DNA of 63,941 bases, counting the filler, from Klebsormidium nitens (taxonomy: Eukaryota > Plantae > Klebsormidiophyceae): the NCBI GenBank assembly GCA_000708835.1. It is 10 parts of 10 records of this genome, joined end to end, with 100 filler letters (N's around TTAATTAATTAA, not from the genome) between each part and the next. Parts side by side here need not be neighbours in the genome. Positions count along the whole stretch, not along the records: positions 58,634 to 62,834 come from DF238521.1; positions 62,935 to 63,941 come from DF238722.1; 8 more parts are not named here. One strand, 5' to 3'. Under the pieces are notes generated by a model that was not told the origin of the DNA, ran no database searches, and saw only the letters and a program-made list of their open reading frames with translations. Of the stretch, positions 58,876 to 63,941 are shown in pieces (position 1 is the stretch's first letter; each line of letters begins with the position of its first letter). Position numbers and translations under genes: made by a program.

Positions 58876-61550
58876 TCGCGGATGGCCCGGACTCCAGCAG
58901 GAAAACGGCGCTCACCTGACCCATGGTCGCTCGCCGCGGACGCGGCACGTCCTCCCCAAAGTCAGATTCGTCGAAGCAGCCATCGTCTTCAGGCTCTGGC
59001 GGGTCGTTGCAACTGGCCGCACTGTCACCAGGCACGGGCTCATTGCCCCTACTCTGCTGCACCTCCTCGTCCAACCCAGTAGTGTCGCTCTGCCTTGCCC
59101 AGACGTCGCCGTTCTCACCCGAGGACTCCGATGATGAGAGCAGCACTTGGCGGCGGCGCCTGGTTTGTGAAGAGCGGGCTGACCGATCGAAAACCCGCCG
59201 CTTGCGCAGAGCCGGAAGCTCGTCTGACCCAGAATCCGTTTCCATTGCGGCGGGCACCAGCTGCCGATCCGCCTGGGTCCCCGCCCAACGCCCGTTGCTT
59301 GCAGTACACCCAGACACAGCAGAAGACTCCGACCGTGAGGGCCGGGAACGGGCTTGGATCGCTTTCGTCGCCTGCCCCCGCGCTCGCGGCTTGAAGCGCC
59401 GACCCAGAAGCTGAGAAACGTCCGATTCGGAGTCGGATTCCAGGGCGGCGCGAATTCTGCCTTGGGCCATCACCGAGACCTCCTCGTCTTGGCTTTTGTC
59501 GTCGATCATCTCGCGATCTTGGGATGTCTCTTCGTCCGGAGTTTCGTCCACGCTCTCGAACTCCGCCCCCTCAATGTCCTCGCCCTCTTCTTCCGATCCC
59601 GACCGCTCGAAACCGGACTAACTGGCCGCACTTGTCGCCAACCGAAGGTTGCCGCCGCTTTCCTGGACAAAAGATGGGAATTTCGTCAGCGATTGACCAA
59701 GAGACGTCCTTATGCAAATCAGGGCCGAGTGCATTCTGTGGAAGCAAGACCGGCCGTCGGACGAACTGCTGATGCGGTCCAGAGTTATAGTCGAAAATCT
59801 CAGATTCTCCTTGTAGCGGGTGGCATCCGACCATCTGGAGCCAACCCGATTTTGAAGATGTCGCGCTATCAAGAGAGACATGCGAGAAACAGTAGACGAG
59901 TTCAACGATCTCCTTTCCAGTCACTGCCTGACAAGCATCACAGCCGCCCAAAATCTAAGCACAATAGCATTGCCGAATTGCAATTCTTGCCCAAGAAGCG
60001 AAGTTCAAATAGAGCGCTTTCAAGAACGTGGCAAGGGATGTGTGTGGCCTTCCCCAATGTTGAGATGCGTGCAACTTATACAGCTTGACCGAGCTCCAGT
60101 CACTTCTCACCTCTGTTGTGGTGCCGCAAACCACGTTCTCGACTGCGGCGCCTGTTATCCCTCGCACCGATCGCCGGTCCTCTGCATCCGCTCCATGGTC
60201 TTCCACCTGAAAAGAAAACAATGACATTCGGTAAGAACTATGTTGAGCTCGCCACCACAATACCATCTCCAACGTTATCCCAACCAGGACGGGCAGAGAG
60301 ACGTTGCAGCACTTCATTGTTTGTCTAAAAGAGCATCGTCGCCTGATCTGATCCGTGCATCTGATCAGATGCGCAGCAGATCTTGTCAAAACGAAAGGTT
60401 GGCCTTTGCTTCTCGATGTGATCATGATGAAGAAGTATAGGCTATTTTAGCACGGTTCTTTGCCCTTCGGCCCTTCTCCAACCCTTTCAAAAGACACGAA
60501 GTACTTGGCTCTGTAAGTCAAGAGAAATGCATCTGTGACACTCCCTGACAAGGTGCTAGAGCAATGAAATGAGGATTCGAAACTTACCAGGGCAGTCAGA
60601 AGACCCTCTTCTATCCTGTCCTGATAGCTGAGCTCTCTCTGAAGCGAATCCTTCGCCGCACACGGCATCCCTTCCGTGAACCCCGGCCTTTCAATCGCCC
60701 TGGGGACCACGCGGTCAGATGCTCGTGAGGCGATGTCTCCCTCCGGATCCGCACGTCTGGCGTCCACGTGAAATGTGGAGAGATCAACAGGTTAACTAAA
60801 ATGCCTAAGCTGAACGGGGTGCTGTGCGCAGCTTTCTTGGCGGCGGAGTATTAGCGGATTCGCTGTCCTTCTCGATTGACCTGCAAAAAGTCTTCGAAAG
60901 TCATACTCATGCTCATTGGAGAGCTATGAGTGGCCAACGACGAGCGCTGAAAAACGTGTTCGATCACCGTGTCATGCCTATGCGCCTTGACTGTGCCAGC
61001 CGCTCACCTGCTTGCAGAGCTCCGCATGCTTTTGCCACTTCTCAAACGCCTCAATATCACACTGAACAACGTGCTGAGCAGGTGCCGGCCGCCAGCTCCG
61101 TGCGACATCCTGCACAACAGCCTCTCGCCCTGAGTACCACTAGGTTTCGGCTCGAGTATACGAGTTCAAATGACGCCCTCTTTCCAAAATCAGCATAATC
61201 TCTGATAGTCTCTAGCAACGCTTTGAAGCACAGCATTGCGCTTGTGAGTCGTGTGCTATCACAGAACCGTGCTGCGAGTTGTTGTGTCGGGATGGGCTCG
61301 TCCTCACCTCTCGAGAGGGCAAAATCACAAGCTGACGACGAGGGCGGACATCAGGGACATGTGCGTCCTTATTCTCGTTCCACTGTGACAGGGACGCTGG
61401 CCACCCGGGATTGCTTTCGACGCCCCCAATCAGCAGAAGCTTTGCTGCAAGAGGATTGCGAATGATGGTCAGGCAAGCCGAACCGGCCATCCGGGGCATA
61501 AAGAAGCAAGTGGCATGCACGCATTTGTTCAAAGGACCACATCCTGTCAA
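58814..61550 (-). CDS. Probable multi-exon gene of unknown function ending in an acidic/Arg-Ser-rich exon
   Basis: Terminal ORF 58814-59551. Upstream exon-like blocks with cag|..|gtgag (for example ~60110-60210 and 61299-61444). Confidence 0.4.
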
Positions 61551-61850
61551 AGATTGTAAGGAACCCCGCTCTCAGCACTGTAAGGTCACGTGCAAGGTAT
61601 GGGTCAGCAGGTCAGACCGGCCATCCGGTCATGGACCACACCTTGTCAATGATCATAAGGAAAACCACTTTTTGCACTCAAAAGCCATCTGCAAGGTGTG
61701 GTCCAGCAAGCCAGACCGATCATTCAGGTCGTGAAGAGCGGAAAGCGTACCCACTGTTGCGACTGGACCACACCTTGTCAAAAGTAATAAGGAATCCCAC
61801 TCTCAGCTGCTCGATGCCATTTGCAAGGTGTGGTCCAGCAAGTTTGACCG
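61533..61850. repeat. Tandem array (about 100-130 bp units), each with an internal inverted repeat
   Basis: tggaccacaccttg at 61632 and 61764 pairs with caaggtgtggtcca at 61692 and 61824; a degenerate first unit lies at 61534/61591. Confidence 0.85.
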
Positions 61851-62934
61851 TCATCTGGGTACTGCCCAAGCTTTGTCACTTTCCCTCATGTACACAAACG
61901 TCAAAAGACGGGCAGCTACAAGCAGAAGATCGAAACTCTTTCAAGCCATGACTCACCAATGAGATTCCTGCTCTTGGGGGTCGCGTCCCAGCAAAAACTA
62001 TTACGCTGATATACGTCGCATGCTGTGAAAGAAGGGCAAAATGAGTCTCGTTGGCACGTGAGCCTGCGGGCAAGCTTTGCAGCGACCTTTCGATGTGGGC
62101 ATCGGAGCTCAACGGGTTTCAAGCTTTCAGAATAAGGACAGAACAAAGCCTAAATCAAGCGAAGCCCATCAAGGTCAAATCGTGCACGGTTCTTGCCCTT
62201 TGCCTGTAGAATCTCACCATGTTCCCTCCTCAGCTCTGCGTCCTCGTCAAGCGCCTGCGCCAGCTCTCTCTTCACCTTGCGCACTTCGCAAACACGTGCC
62301 CACTCTGTGAAAAGGCACGAAGCACATGCCTTTGCAACGAGTGCTCAGATGCAAACAATCGCAGTCTTGTGGACAACAGCCAGTATGCATACAGACTCTC
62401 GAGATCTGCATCTCAAATTCGCATGGTTGCAGCTGGCACAGTGATTCGAGGGCCAAGTAGCTTGATGCAGAGGCAGCGCTATGGCGGGTGCATAGGGCTC
62501 ACCTGCCCGGGTCTTCTCCAACTCGAAGCCGCCAGGATTGCCAGGATTCTTTCGCTCAAAATGCTTCTTGCAGAAGCATTCAAAACCGCCCCCTCCCTTG
62601 CCCCCTCGCCGGGCAAAGATCGCTGGGGAGCTGCAGTCTTTGCAGAGGAGGCCGTATGGAACTGCAAAAAAAGCACGGAGAGCTGCAGTCGGGATCGGAC
62701 CCAAGTGAAACACTGGCAACCCACGTGGGTGTAGAGGCTCACCTTCTCCTATCCCAGGACATGCCTTGCTGCAAGAGCTTTTGATTCAAGTGCAATCGCA
62801 AAAGCTCAAGAGCCCTGAATCTGACTTCTGCAAANNNNNNNNNNNNNNNNNNNNNNNNNNNNNNNNNNNNNNNNNNNNTTAATTAATTAANNNNNNNNNN
62901 NNNNNNNNNNNNNNNNNNNNNNNNNNNNNNNNNN

Positions 62935-63620
62935 GCACGAACAGGAGGCAAACCAACCGGCAGAGGATCCTGAAACACTTTAGAAAACTCAGACAGCAAA
63001 TCGGAAACCCACTTCTTCTCACTTGAGACGGGGTCGATCGGTTGGACAGGTTGGACGGGTTGTTCAGGGGACGCAGTTGTAGGAGACCCAACAGAGCCAG
63101 CTACGGATGAAGCGTCGACGGAATGGGGCGGGACGTAATCGCCCATTGGCTTCAATAAGGCCAAGTACACTGGTACGCCCTTCCGCATCAACCGCTTCAT
63201 CTGCGAATAAGACAACACACTGGGATTAGCTTTCTTTTCTTCAACAACTCGGAAGCGAGGAAGAGCAAGGCTTTTCACAGTAAAATGTCTTTTCCCCTTC
63301 TGGATCATGACGCAATTCATACCGTAATGCAGAATGCAATTATACTTGTCCATAAACTCATCGCCAAGTATAAGATCCACCTCATACAACAAATTCATGA
63401 CATAGCATTTCACGGGCTTGTGAAACGCCCCTAACTGGACGTACACTGTAGCTTCACCAAGAATATCCTCAACACCAACATCGTTCGCCAAACGAACAGT
63501 CTGAGCAGAAGGGCTTACGGTTATGCCTGTCTGCTTAGCAAATTTGGAAGACACGAAATTAACTGACGCTCCAGAATCAAACAAGATATTGGCCTTGGCC
63601 GCAGCTGCGTTACCGGAAAA
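62935..63620 (-). CDS. pol: Ty3/Gypsy pol fragment: aspartic protease and linker to RT
   Basis: ILFDSGASVNFVS..VRLAND..DLILGDEFM..FSKVFQDPLPVGLPPVR; truncated by gap. Confidence 0.9.
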
Positions 63621-63941
63621 CATCATTCGTGGCGTCTTACGTACTTGGCTTCGAGCCCTTTCGAGCGGCTGACAGAATACTTTCTGTGAGCAAACCTGCT
63701 TCAGCAGACACTTTGTCAGCAACAAAAGCAAGGTACAATACTCGTAGCTTCTCAGGACTTCGAACAACCTGCCACGTGTCATCTGGCTGCAGTTGACGAA
63801 CCAAACCGCCCTTAGGAACAGTCAGTATAACAGAGAAATCATTTAACATAGGCAAAGGTACAGGCATGCTATCACGAATCAAAACACATGCTGACGTGGC
63901 AGTAGGATTATCATCAAATGCAGAGTGAAAGTGCCGAACAA

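Noticed and set aside
61533-61850. CRISPR-like palindromic array
   Set aside because: The intervening sequences are homologous between units and there are no cas genes.

Overview
Eukaryotic draft-scaffold window of about 11 contigs. They are joined by N gaps, most of which carry an artificial TTAATTAATTAA linker. GC is near 50% and short GT-AG introns are common; the TE types suggest an alga or early streptophyte (inference only). Almost the whole window is mobile or viral DNA. (1) A 17.2-kb candidate DNA transposon (2690-19927) with matching TIRs and TA flanks. It encodes an intron-rich, zinc-finger-bearing DDE-type transposase resembling the Dada/DUF6729 group, plus an intron-rich DUF3987 (YfjI-like) P-loop ATPase, a pairing I do not recognise from described superfamilies. 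(2) A second, divergent DUF3987 gene upstream of a CACTA-type terminus. (3) A compact giant-virus-like gene cluster: TFIIS with a spliceosomal intron, RING, membrane proteins, a histone-H1-like protein and a novel paralogous domain pair. (4) A Helitron2/Helentron RepHel pseudogene with three N-terminal AP2-like domains. (5) A LINE 3' end with an OTU protease after the zf-RVT domain. (6) Nested Copia and Gypsy remnants. (7) A Polinton-like-virus/virophage-like segment with a tyrosine recombinase, a tandem GIY-YIG nuclease and a shared upstream motif. (8) Several MITEs and repeat arrays, and a gene with a 2A-like motif. All family assignments come from motif recognition by eye and need HMM confirmation. 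No rRNA, intact tRNA or CRISPR array was seen.
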